Assembly: GCA_002269645.1 (NCBI GenBank)
Contig: NIVC01000126.1
Span: 558,001-622,000 of the forward strand
DNA from: Macrostomum lignano
Lineage: Eukaryota
DNA: 64,000 nucleotides
Reading direction: 5' to 3'
Numbering within the stretch: the stretch's first letter is position 1; each line of letters begins with the position of its first letter. The translations under genes were made by a program, and so were the position numbers. The notes beneath the pieces were generated by a model, which had not been told where the DNA came from, did not search any database, and was given only the letters and a program-made list of their open reading frames with translations. Positions 49,188-62,520 of this stretch are shown piece by piece.

Positions 49188-50678
49188 CAAAGACTGACTC
49201 CGGCCCGCGGGTCACATGCGGCCCCTTGAAGCCTCTCTATCCGGCCGTCGTGTCCTCTGAAAGTTCACAATAGCCATCCAGACCGCTCAATGTTTGTGTC
49301 TTTTCTCAGCTCCATCCCTTCTCTCCTTTCTCCTCTCTCTCCAATCTACTCTCTCCCCTCCCCTCTACTCTCTCCCCTCTCCTCTTCCCTCTCTTCTCTC
49401 ACCTCTCTTCTCTCTCCTCTCTCCACCCTCTCCACTCCACTCTCTCCCCTCTCCCCTCTCTCCCCTCTCTCCCCTCTTCCCTTTCTCCCTTCTCTTCTTT
49501 TTCTCTCGTCTTCTCTTCTCTTCTCTCATTTATTCTCTCTCCTTTCCACTCTCATATTACCAGCAGCCATGAGCTGGATTTTTTATCCGCCCCTTGAGGT
49601 AAAAAAGTTTGCCGACCCCTGACCTACACGTTTGTCTATTAATTTTTACTTTCTAATCTGCTTTAAAACATACCTAGCTTCCTAACTATCTTTATATTTA
49701 CCTTACTAATTAATTTAATACTCTACCTACCTACCTAGTTACGAGAGTACCTCCTGTCTACCCACATAATTATCTAACTATCAGAGTATCGAGTTACCTA
49801 TCTATCTGAAATGCCTTGGTTACATGGCTACCTTAAAAATCTATCTACCTAATCTGCTTAAATATCTAACCAACAATCTGACCTCACTACTTGCTTACTT
49901 TCCCACCTAACTAATCTAGTAAAAACCCACCTACGTACCTAGTTTATACCTAAACCTAACAATCCACCAAAAGCCTACCTAGTATATCTACAAATCTACC
50001 TACCTATCAGCTAATCTAGCTAAAAATGTACCTACCTACCAACCAAAATATCTACCTAACTACCTACTCATCTATTTACGTACCTACTAATCTACCTACC
50101 TATCTACCAATCTACGTACCAATCAATCTACGCACCCACTAATCTACCTACCTATCTACCAATCTACCTAATAATCTATCTACCTACATGTACCTACTAA
50201 TCTACCTATCTTCCAATCCACCTACCAATCCAATCTATTTACCTACACTCAAGGGATCCACCTACCTACCTACCTGGTAGTTAATTTTTCTTTCTAACAT
50301 TTCTTAATCCTCATCCATCAAATCCCGTCCCTTCGAGTCCCAGCTCCCTGTTCCCCATCATTAATGCTAATTAACCACTACTCCACTCGCATCCTTTCCC
50401 ACCCCGCTGGTAGGCAGCGGGGGTCCCGGACTTTCTCTCCTCTCCCATTCTCACCCCTCCTCTCAAATCCTTCCTTTGTTTTCATAGCTTCATTTTTTGA
50501 GCCTATCTGCCTGTCTGTCTGTTTGCACAAGTGTCCTTTCCCATCCACTTTCCCCGCGGGTGACTGACACAAACTCACTCACGGGATTTCCATAGCTACA
50601 CTGAGGAAAAAAGTATGCATATCTCCTATATCGACTCCCTTTCTACCGTGACAGGACTGGCTAGCCAAGAAGATCGGA

Positions 50679-53600
50679 ATGGTTGCTGCCCCCGTTGCTA
50701 GGCAGTTGCTATCCGTTGCAGCGGCAATTCTCATTGTCCAATTGTCCGCTGCATCCCCGACAACGGGTATTGCAGCTTCATCAACGAAAAGCCATGGCTG
50801 CTCGGATGTATCTGGTAGAACTGCTCGTCTCAATTCAATGGTTTTAGCTAGCGAGTGTAAGTGCCTCTGAGTATTGGCTGCTTGTGTCTGAGAATGTTCT
50901 CAATGTTTGTATTATGGACTCTGGAATGCTGTTTGAGTTCTATATGTTATTGCTTTTGGGAGCATTGATGTTCTTATACAGTTATCTGAAATCTTGCAAT
51001 GCCAGGTGCTATGATGCTCATTCTAGATAGTCATTCTAGATGGCCACTCCAGATCGTCACTTCAGATGGTCACTCTACGAGTAGATGGTCACTCCAGATG
51101 GTCACTCCAGATGGTCACTCCAGATGGTCACTCCAGATGGTCACTCCAGATGGTCACTCTAGATGGCCACTCCAGATGGTCACTCAAGTAGATGATCACT
51201 CCAGACAGTCACTCTAGTATCACTCCAGGTGGTCACAATAGATAGTCACACTAGATAGTTACTCAACTAGATGGTGACTCGAGGTCGAGTAAATGATCAC
51301 TCCAGACAGTCACTCTAGTATCACTCCAGGTGGTCACAATAGATAGTCACACCAGATAGTTACTCAAGTAGATGGTGACTCGAGGTCGAGCAAATGATCA
51401 CTCCAGATCAGTCACTCCAGATCAATCACACCAAAGAGTCACTCCATCCGTTCCACCGTTAACTTTTGTTCGCATTCGCAGATGTGGGCGGTTCCCTGAT
51501 GCCCTACACCAGAGCCACCGTGACCATAGACGGTGTGCCGGGACTGCACCAGGGCACAGGTCCAGAATTTGTCGGATCAACAGAGCAGCTGACTGGAGAC
51601 AAAGCTGCAGGCTCCGATGATTTCCTACTGTTATTGAATCTCTCGGGTCTGAGATGCCTGTGCACTTACAGTTCTGATGGAGCTTTTAGCTACTGTTCCG
51701 AGTAAGTAGCGAGATGAAGGGACAGAGATGAAGGGACAGGAGATGAAGGGACAAAGATAAAGGGACAAAGATGAAGGGACAAAGATAAAGGGACAAAGAT
51801 GAAGGGACAAAGATAAAGGGACAAGAGAGGAAGGGACAAAGATAAAGAGACAGATAGGTGGGGACAGAGATGAAGGGACGAAATATAAAGGGACAAAGAT
51901 AAAGGGACAAAGATAAAGGGACGAAAGATAATGAGACAAAAATGAAGGGACAAAGATGAAGGGACGAAATATAAAGAGACAGATAGGTGGGGACAAAGAT
52001 GAAGGGACGAAAGATATAGGGACAGAGATGAAGGCACAGAGATGAAGGGACATGCTTTAACTTGCAAGAAATTGGACGAACTAAATTGCAGTTTGTCAAC
52101 TCCGGAACCGCCTTGGCCAGCCGCTGACAATTGTCAGTGGCATCTGACAAGCGGCGGTCAGCTAGTTGAAACTGACATCTCTAACCAAAATTTCACCTGC
52201 TTGGATCGGGCGACAACGTCCGTGAGCAATCCGGATCAGTTTTGGCCGAAAGTTTCGTCGGTCAACAATGATTTTGGATTCGACGACACTCTGTTTATAA
52301 AGTACAGCTACTCCGCTGTGCAGTGTAAGATCGTCAATGAGTCTGTTTTGCTTCTATATCGAGTCAGTAAGCTTGGAGATCTAGTGATTAGGGTTGGAGA
52401 TCTAGTGATTAGGGTTGGAGATCTAGTCATTAGGGTTGGAGATCTAGTGATTAGGGTTGGAGATCTAGTGATTAGGGTTGGAGATCTAGTGATTAGGGTT
52501 GGAGATCTAGTCATTAGGGTTGGAGATCTAGTGATTAGGGTTGGAGATCTAGTCATTAGGGTTGGAGATCTAGTCATTAGGGTTGGAGATCTAGTGATTA
52601 GGGTTGGAGATCTAGTGATTAGGGTTGGAGATCTAGTGATTAGGGTTGGAGATCTAGTCATTAGGGTTGGAGATCTAGTGATTAGGGTTGGAGATCTAGT
52701 CATTAGGGTTGTAGATCTAGTGATTAGGGTTGGAGATCTAGTTATTAGGGTTGGAGATCTAGTGATTAGGGTTGGAGATCTAGTGATTAGGGTTGGAGAT
52801 CTAGTCATTAGGGTTGGAGATTTAGTCATTAGGGTTGGAGATCTAGTCAGTAAGTTTGGAGATCTAGTCATTAAGGTTGGAGATCTAGTCATTAAGATCA
52901 GAGATCTAGTCATTAAGGTTGGAGATCTAGTCATTGGGGTTGGAGATCTAGTCAGTAAGTTTGGAGATCTAGTCAGTAAGCTTGGAGATCTAGTGATTAG
53001 GGTTGGAGATCTAGTCATTAGGGTTGGAGATCTAGTGATTAGGGTTGGAGATCTAGTCATTAGGGTTGGAGATCTAGTGATTAGGGTTGGAGATCTAGTG
53101 ATTGGGGTTGGAGATCTAGTGATAGGGTTGGAGATCTAGTGATTAGGGTTGGAGATCTAGTCATTAGGGTTGGAGATCTAGTGATTAGGGTTGGAGATCT
53201 AGTCATTAGGGTTGGAGATCTAGTGATTAGGGTTGGAGATCTAGTCATTAGGGTTGGAGATCTAGTGATTAGGGTTGGAGATCTAGTGATTAGGGTTGGA
53301 GATCTAGTCATTAGGGTTGGAGATTTAGTCATTAGGGTTGGAGATCTAGTCAGTAAGTTTGGAGATCTAGTCATTAAGGTTGGAGATCTAGTCATTAAGA
53401 TCAGAGATCTAGTCATTAAGGTTGGAGATCTAGTCATTGGGGTTGGAGATCTAGTCAGTAAGTTTGGAGATCTAGTCAGTAAGTTTGGAGATCTAGTCAT
53501 TAAGGTTGGTGATCTAGTCATTGGGGTTGGAGATCTAGTCATTGGGGTTGGAGATCTAGTCATTGGGGTTGGAGATCTAGTCATTGGGGTTGGAGATCTA

Positions 53601-56495
53601 GTCATTGGGGTTGGAGATCTAGTCATTGGGGTTGGAGATCTAGTCATTGGGGTTGGAGATCTAGTCATTGGGGTTGGAGATCTAGTCATTAGGGTTAGAG
53701 ATCTAGTCATTGGGGTTGGAGAACTAGTCATTAAGGTTGGAGATCTAGTCATTGGGGTTGGAGATCTAGTCATTAGGGTTAGAGATCTAGTCATTGGGGT
53801 TGGAGATCTAGTCATTGGGGTTGGAGAACTAGTCATTGGGGTTGGAGATCTAGTCATTGGGGTTGGAGATCTAGTCATTGGGGTTGGAGATCTAGTCATT
53901 GGGGTTGGAGATCTAGTTAGTAAGAGCATAATTATTATATAATAAGTCTCATAAGTTATCTCCGGCATCAAGTAAGTGAACGAAGACAGCTTGTCAGTAC
54001 TAGCAAAGATTAATATATTTATCATTCATATTTTTCTACAGACTTCAATGGCAGCCGTCATTTGGCATTCCTAGCCGACGCTATCATCAATAGTCTATGG
54101 CCTGTCCGTATCAGCGTCCTGCGCCAACAGAGCGAAGGGGAGAGAGGCGGAAGCGGCGGCCAGGGGCGAGTGCTGATCTATAGGAAATATTTTGGCTGGT
54201 CAGGGCACTGCCTACACGAGTGTCGGGCTGTGTACCGGGCGGGCTCCAGCTACCGGACTGTGGAGCAGAGTTGCACCGAGTAAGCGAAAGTGACAGATCG
54301 TGTGGAGAGAAGATGGAATTGATTAGAATTGAGTATAAGTGTGACAGATAGATTAGAAGTGAGAATAAGTGTGACAGATAGATTAGAAGTGAGAATATTA
54401 CGTGAAAGACAGGTTAGAAGTGAGAATATTACGTGAAAGACAGATTAGAGTGAGAATAAGTGTGACAGACAGATTAGAAGTGAGAATATTACGTGAAAGA
54501 CAGATTAGAGTGAGAATAAGTGTGAAAGACAGATTAGGAGTGAGAATAAGTGTGACAGACAGATTAGGAGTGAGAATAAGTGTGACAGACAGATTAGGAG
54601 TGAGTATAAATGTGACAGATAGATTAGGAGTGAGAATAAGTGTGACAGACAGATTAGGAGTGAGAATAAGTGTGAAAGACAGATTAGAGTGAGAATAAGT
54701 GTGAAAGACAGATTAGGAGTGAGAATAAGTGTGACAGACAGATTAGGAGTGAGAATAAGTGTGACAGACATATTAGGAGTGAGAATAAGTGTGACAGACA
54801 TATTAGGAGTGAGAATAAGTGTGACAGACAGATTAGGAGTGAGAATAAGTGTGAAAGACAGATTAGGAGTGAGAATAAGTGTGACAGACAGATTAGAAGT
54901 GAGAATATTACGTGAAAGACAGATTAGAGTGAGAATAAGTGTGAAAGACAGATTAGGAGTGAGAATAAGTGTGACAGACAGATTAGGAGTGAGAATAAGT
55001 GTGACAGACATATTAGGAGTGAGAATAAGTGTGACAGACAGATTAGGAGTGAGAATAAGTGTGAAAGACAGATTAGGAGTGAGAATAAGTGTGACAGACA
55101 GATTAGGAGTGAGAATAAGTGTGACAGACAGATTAGAATTGAGAATAAGTGTGACAGACAGATTAGGAGTGAGTATAAATGTGACAGATAGATTAGGAGT
55201 GAGAATAAGTGTGACAGACAGATTAGGAGTGAGAATAAGTGTGAAAGACAGATTAGGAGTGAGTATACGTGTGACAGACAGATTAGAAGTGAGAATAAGT
55301 GTGACAGACAGATTAGGAGTGAGAATAAGTGTGACAGAGAGATTAGGAGTGAGTATAAATGTGACAGATAGATTAGGAGTGAGAATAAGTGTGACAGACA
55401 GATTAGGAGTGAGAATAAGTGACAGGCAGATTGGGAGTAAGAACCGGCGTATGTATCTGATGCACATATTCACAGACTTCAACAACTGACACCTGTCTAA
55501 TTCAGGCTGGTCAGCGCTCAGACTGAAGCTCATACCGCATCTGAGTGCGTCTGGACATTCGCAGTGGACTGCAAGCCGGTGCTGGTGAGGGCTGACAATA
55601 GAAGCTTGGCCTGTACGAACCGGCAGAATAAAGAAGATGAGTCTACTGATTTAGCTGGGACCAGGTGAGTTCTGTGGGAGATGAGTGAGTGAAGGGGTGA
55701 GATTAGAGAAGGGAGAGGGGGATTAGAGAGGGGAGAGGGGTGAGATTAGAGAGGGGTGAGGGAGTGAGATTAGAGAAGGGAGAGGGATGGAAATTAGAGA
55801 AGGGAGCTCAGGGAGTGAGATTAGAGAAGGAGGACAAAGGGAGATCAGAGAAGGGAGAGGTAAGAGAGGGAGATTAGAGAAGGTAGAGGTGAGAGAGGGA
55901 GAGGTAAGAGAGGGAGATTAGAGAATGGAGAGGTGAGAAATTGAGATTAGAGAAGGAAGAGAGGAGAGAGATTAGAGAAGGGAGAGGTGAGAGAGGGAGA
56001 TTAGAGAAGGGAGAGGTGAGAGAGGGAGATTAGAGAAGTGAGAGTTGAGAAGGGAGATTAGAGAAGTGAGAGGTGAGAGAGGGAGATTAGAAAACGGAGA
56101 GGTGAGAGAGGGAGATTAGACAGGAGAATGCACACCCTGCAGATTCTCAGAGAGCACATTGCACACTTCTTTCGTTAAACCGCAAATTCTCAAATTTAAA
56201 AACAAACTTCAGCCCTGCAAATCCTACAACTTCAACCGCGTACATGGAACCTGAGACTTCAACTGCGAGCATTGAGGCCACTGCTCACTGGCCAGACGAC
56301 AATGTCACCGACTTTGTCACACCTTCACCGAGTTCTGATTGGTCGAACGAGACTCAATGCTACATTAAGCTGAGACTTTTTGGCGGTGGAACAGCGCTGT
56401 CCCCAAACTTGCAGCTTCTTTTCATCAGCAAAATCTTAGTTGCCATGCTTGCTGTGTACGAATATAACTTGTTTATTGATTTTGCTTTCATTTGA
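50679..56495 (+). CDS. Cys-rich surface glycoprotein, copy 2 (complete, 450 aa)
   Basis: Exons 50679-50856, 51482-51701, 52092-52366, 54042-54279, 55506-55664, 56213-56495. Differs from copy 1 in exon 2 (A->D, P->L, N->Y). Confidence 0.85.
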
Positions 56496-59400
56496 GCACC
56501 TGGCCATTTCTAGGAAACTTTAACGTTGTGCGCAGTCTTTCATCCTGAAATACCATTGATTGAGGCTTCTCAAAAATGTTATGATTGTGTAACATCGTAA
56601 AATATATTTAGTCTACAAGTGTTTTGGTGAAATTCCATATGCCCTAAAAACTGCTTCCCAAAAATTAGATCTGTTACACCTATTTTTCCTGACTCGCTTA
56701 ACTTTTCTCCGAATTTGAATCCATGCGAAAATTTGGAAAGTTTTAACTTTCGTTTAATTAAATAAACAAATAAAACAAATAATTTAAATAATTAAATAAA
56801 CAAACTGCGCAATTATTTGAATGTTTTTACAGTAAAATTTATCATTAATGATTTAAACAGACGAGCTACTATAAGTAGAAATAAACAAAAAACTTACTTT
56901 AGGTGCATTTTTAAAAGGTGCTCATTTTAGATGGTTTTCGATGATTCTGGCTAATGTCAGATGATGCCGGATGATGCTGGGTGATGCTGGGTGATGCTGG
57001 ATCATGACGGATGATGCCGGATGATGCTGGGTGATGCTGGATTATGACGGATGATGCTGGGTGATGCCGGATGATGCTTCGTGATGCTGGATGATGCCGG
57101 ATGATGCTGGGTGATGCCGGATAATGCTGGGTGATGCCAGATGATGCTGGTTGATGCTGAATGATGCTGTGTAATGCTGAATGATGCTGGGTGATGCTGG
57201 GTGATGCTAGATAATCTGATATTTAAAGAAAACATCTGGTTCATTATATGATGCAATAAAAGCTACGCTTGAGAACTGGAGGCTAAAAGAATAAATATTT
57301 TTTATGCCCTATTTTTCGAAAATTGTTGACAAGCCAGGTAATAAGTTTTTTTCGTACTATTATCTTCCTTGAACTTGAGCTGGAAAAGGTCAACATATTC
57401 GTGTCACTGCTCCATCAAAATCGTGCTCAAGAGGTGAGCACAAAAGCTAGGAACACTCCAAGCTAGGTTAGTTGAAACCGTATTGAGTGCATTTTGTTGT
57501 TTTATGGGCCGAGCATTTCTATAAAAACCGCCTACGCTGGTAGGCTGACCTTTGAGCTGGACTTTCGCGCGAATGCTTTCAGTCAAGTGCTTCAGAATGC
57601 TTCAGGCATGAAGGGTCAAGTTTAGGAAAAAGTTATTTCTATTGGCTGTTGCTGAGGGGATGCCCTTTGGGGGCGCTTTGGGTGGCGCCTTGGGTAGCGC
57701 TTTTAGTGGCGCTCTGGGGGGCGCTTTTAGTGGCGCTTTGGGTGGCGCTTTGGGTGGCGCTTTAGGTGGCCCCTTGTGGGTGCTTTTGTGGTGCTTTGGG
57801 TGGCGCTTTGGGTGGCGCTCTGGGGGGGGGGCGCTTTGGGGGGCGCTTTGGGTGGCGCTTTGGGTGACGCTTTGGGTGGCGCTCTGGGGGGCGCTTTGGG
57901 TGGCGCTTTGGGTGACGCTTTGGATGGCGCTCTGGGGGGCGCTTTGGGTGGCGCTTTGGGTGACGCTTTGGGTGGCGCTCTGGGGGCACTTTGGGTGGCG
58001 CTCTGGGGGCGCTTTGGGTGGCGCTTTGGGGGGCGCTTTGGGTGGCGCTTTGGGTGGAGCCCAAAGACTGACTCCGGCCCGCGGGTCACATGCGGCCCCT
58101 TGAAGCCTCTCTATCCGGCCGTCGTGTCCTCTGAAAGTTCACAATAGCCATCCAGACCGCTCAATGTTTGTGTCTTTTCTCAGCTCCATCCCTTCTCTCC
58201 TTTCTCCTCTCTCTCCAATCTACTCTCTCCCCTCCCCTCTACTCTCTCCCCTCTCCTCTTCCCTCTCTTCTCTCACCTCTCTTCTCTCTCCTCTCTCCAC
58301 CCTCTCCACTCCACTCTCTCCCCTCTCCCCTCTCTCCCCTCTCTCCCCTCTTCCCTTTCTCCCTTCTCTTCTTTTTCTCTCGTCTTCTCTTCTCTTCTCT
58401 CATTTATTCTCTCTCCTTTCCACTCTCATATTACCAGCAGCCATGAGCTGGATTTTTTATCCGCCCCTTGAGGTAAAAAAGTTTGCCGACCCCTGACCTA
58501 CACGTTTGTCTATTAATTTTTACTTTCTAATCTGCTTTAAAACATACCTAGCTTCCTAACTATCTTTATATTTACCTTACTAATTAATTTAATACTCTAC
58601 CTACCTACCTAGTTACGAGAGTACCTCCTGTCTACCCACATAATTATCTAACTATCAGAGTATCGAGTTACCTATCTATCTGAAATGCCTTGGTTACATG
58701 GCTACCTTAAAAATCTATCTACCTAATCTGCTTAAATATCTAACCAACAATCTGACCTCACTACTTGCTTACTTTCCCACCTAACTAATCTAGTAAAAAC
58801 CCACCTACGTACCTAGTTTATACCTAAACCTAACAATCCACCAAAAGCCTACCTAGTATATCTACAAATCTACCTACCTATCAGCTAATCTAGCTAAAAA
58901 TGTACCTACCTACCAACCAAAATATCTACCTAACTACCTACTCATCTATTTACGTACCTACTAATCTACCTACCTATCTACCAATCTACGTACCAATCAA
59001 TCTACGCACCCACTAATCTACCTACCTATCTACCAATCTACCTAATAATCTATCTACCTACATGTACCTACTAATCTACCTATCTTCCAATCCACCTACC
59101 AATCCAATCTATTTACCTACACTCAAGGGATCCACCTACCTACCTACCTGGTAGTTAATTTTTCTTTCTAACATTTCTTAATCCTCATCCATCAAATCCC
59201 GTCCCTTCGAGTCCCAGCTCCCTGTTCCCATCATTAATGCTAATTAACCACTACTCCACTCGCATCCTTTCCCACCCCGCTGGTAGGCAGCGGGGGTCCC
59301 GGACTTTCTCTCCTCTCCCATTCTCACCCCTCCTCTCAAATCCTTCCTTTGTTTTCATAGCTTCATTTTTTGAGCCTATCTGCCTGTCTGTCTGTTTGCA

Positions 59401-59551
59401 CAAGTGTCCTTTCCCATCCACTTTCCCCGCGGGTGACTGACACAAACTCACTCACGGGATTTCCATAGCTACACTGAGGAAAAAAGTATGCATATCTCCT
59501 ATATCGACTCCCTTTCTACCGTGACAGGACTGGCTAGCCAAGAAGATCGGA

Positions 59552-61239
59552 ATGGTTGCTGCCCCCGTTGCTAGGCAGTTGCTATCCGTTGCAGCGGCAA
59601 TTCTCATTGTCCAATTGTCCGCTGCATCCCCGACAACGGGTATTGCAGCTTCATCAACGAAAAGCCATGGCTGCTCGGATGTATCTGGTAGAACTGCTCG
59701 TCTCAATTCAATGGTTTTAGCTAGCGAGTGTAAGTGCCTCTGAGTATTGGCTGCTTGTGTCTGAGAATGTTCTCAATGTTTGTATTATGGACTCTGGAAT
59801 GCTGTTTGAGTTCTATATGTTATTGCTTTTGGGAGCATTGATGTTCTTATACAGTTATCTGAAATCTTGCAATGCCAGGTGCTATGATGCTCATTCTAGA
59901 TAGTCATTCTAGATGGCCACTCCAGATCGTCACTTCAGATGGTCACTCTACGAGTAGATGGTCACTCCAGATGGTCACTCCAGATGGTCACTCCAGATGG
60001 TCACTCCAGATGGTCACTCCAGATGGTCACTCTAGATGGCCACTCCAGATGGTCACTCAAGTAGATGATCACTCCAGACAGTCACTCTAGTATCACTCCA
60101 GGTGGTCACAATAGATAGTCACACTAGATAGTTACTCAAGTAGATGGTGACTCGAGGTCGAGTAAATGATCACTCCAGACAGTCACTCTAGTATCACTCC
60201 AGGTGGTCACAATAGATAGTCACACCAGATAGTTACTCAAGTAGATGGTGACTCGAGGTCGAGCAAATGATCACTCCAGATCAGTCACTCCAGATCAATC
60301 ACACCAAAGAGTCACTCCATCCGTTCCACCGTTAACTTTTGTTCGCATTCGCAGATGTGGGCGGTTCCCTGATGCCCTACACCAGAGCCACCGTGACCAT
60401 AGACGGTGTGCCGGGACTGCACCAGGGCACAGGTCCAGAATTTGTCGGATCAACAGAGCAGCTGACTGGAGACAAAGCTGCAGGCTCCGATGATTTCCTA
60501 CTGTTATTGAATCTCTCGGGTCTGAGATGCCTGTGCACTTACAGTTCTGATGGAGCTTTTAGCTACTGTTCCGAGTAAGTAGCGAGATGAAGGGACAGAG
60601 ATGAAGGGACAGGAGATGAAGGGACAAAGATAAAGGGACAAAGATGAAGGGACAAAGATAAAGGGACAAAGATGAAGGGACAAAGATAAAGGGACAAGAG
60701 AGGAAGGGACAAAGATAAAGAGACAGATAGGTGGGGACAGAGATGAAGGGACGAAATATAAAGGGACAAAGATAAAGGGACAAAGATAAAGGGACGAAAG
60801 ATAATGAGACAAAAATGAAGGGACAAAGATGAAGGGACGAAATATAAAGAGACAGATAGGTGGGGACAAAGATGAAGGGACGAAAGATATAGGGACAGAG
60901 ATGAAGGCACAGAGATGAAGGGACATGCTTTAACTTGCAAGAAATTGGACGAACTAAATTGCAGTTTGTCAACTCCGGAACCGCCTTGGCCAGCCGCTGA
61001 CAATTGTCAGTGGCATCTGACAAGCGGCGGTCAGCTAGTTGAAACTGACATCTCTAACCAAAATTTCACCTGCTTGGATCGGGCGACAACGTCCGTGAGC
61101 AATCCGGATCAGTTTTGGCCGAAAGTTTCGTCGGTCAACAATGATTTTGGATTCGACGACACTCTGTTTATAAAGTACAGCTACTCCGCTGTGCAGTGTA
61201 AGATCGTCAATGAGTCTGTTTTGCTTCTATATCGAGTCA
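59552..61239 (+). CDS. Cys-rich surface glycoprotein, copy 3 (exons 1-3 only, cut by the nested duplication)
   Basis: Exons 59552-59729, 60355-60574, 60965-61239. Intron 3 is interrupted at ~61828 by a jump back to upstream sequence. Confidence 0.75.
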
Positions 61240-62520
61240 GTAAGCTTGGAGATCTAGTGATTAGGGTTGGAGATCTAGTGATTAGGGTTGGAGATCTAGT
61301 CATTAGGGTTGGAGATCTAGTGATTAGGGTTGGAGATCTAGTGATTAGGGTTGGAGATCTAGTGATTAGGGTTGGAGATCTAGTCATTAGGGTTGGAGAT
61401 CTAGTGATTAGGGTTGGAGATCTAGTCATTAGGGTTGGAGATCTAGTCATTAGGGTTGGAGATCTAGTGATTAGGGTTGGAGATCTAGTGATTAGGGTTG
61501 GAGATCTAGTGATTAGGGTTGGAGATCTAGTCATTAGGGTTGGAGATCTAGTGATTAGGGTTGGAGATCTAGTCATTAGGGTTGGAGATCTAGTGATTAG
61601 GGTTGGAGATCTAGTTATTAGGGTTGGAGATCTAGTGATTAGGGTTGGAGATCTAGTGATTAGGGTTGGAGATCTAGTCATTAGGGTTGGAGATTTAGTC
61701 ATTAGGGTTGGAGATCTAGTCATTAGGGTTGGAGATCTAGTGATTAGGGTTGGAGATCTAGTCATTAGGGTTGGAGATCTAGTGATTAGGGTTGGAGATC
61801 TAGTTATTAGGGTTGGAGATCTAGTGATTACCTACCTATACCTACCTATCAGCTAATCTAGCTAAAAATGTACCTACCTACCAACCAAAATATCTACCTA
61901 ACTACCTACTCATCTATTTACGTACCTACTAATCTACCTACCTATCTACCAATCTACGTACCAATCAATCTACGCACCCACTAATCTACCTACCTATCTA
62001 CCAATCTACCTAATAATCTATCTACCTACATGTACCTACTAATCTACCTATCTTCCAATCCACCTACCAATCCAATCTATTTACCTACACTCAAGGGATC
62101 CACCTACCTACCTACCTGGTAGTTAATTTTTCTTTCTAACATTTCTTAATCCTCATCCATCAAATCCCGTCCCTTCGAGTCCCAGCTCCCTGTTCCCCAT
62201 CATTAATGCTAATTAACCACTACTCCACTCGCATCCTTTCCCACCCCGCTGGTAGGCAGCGGGGGTCCCGGACTTTCTCTCCTCTCCCATTCTCACCCCT
62301 CCTCTCAAATCCTTCCTTTGTTTTCATAGCTTCATTTTTTGAGCCTATCTGCCTGTCTGTCTGTTTGCACAAGTGTCCTTTCCCATCCACTTTCCCCGCG
62401 GGTGACTGACACAAACTCACTCACGGGATTTCCATAGCTACACTGAGGAAAAAAGTATGCATATCTCCTATATCGACTCCCTTTCTACCGTGACAGGACT
62501 GGCTAGCCAAGAAGATCGGA

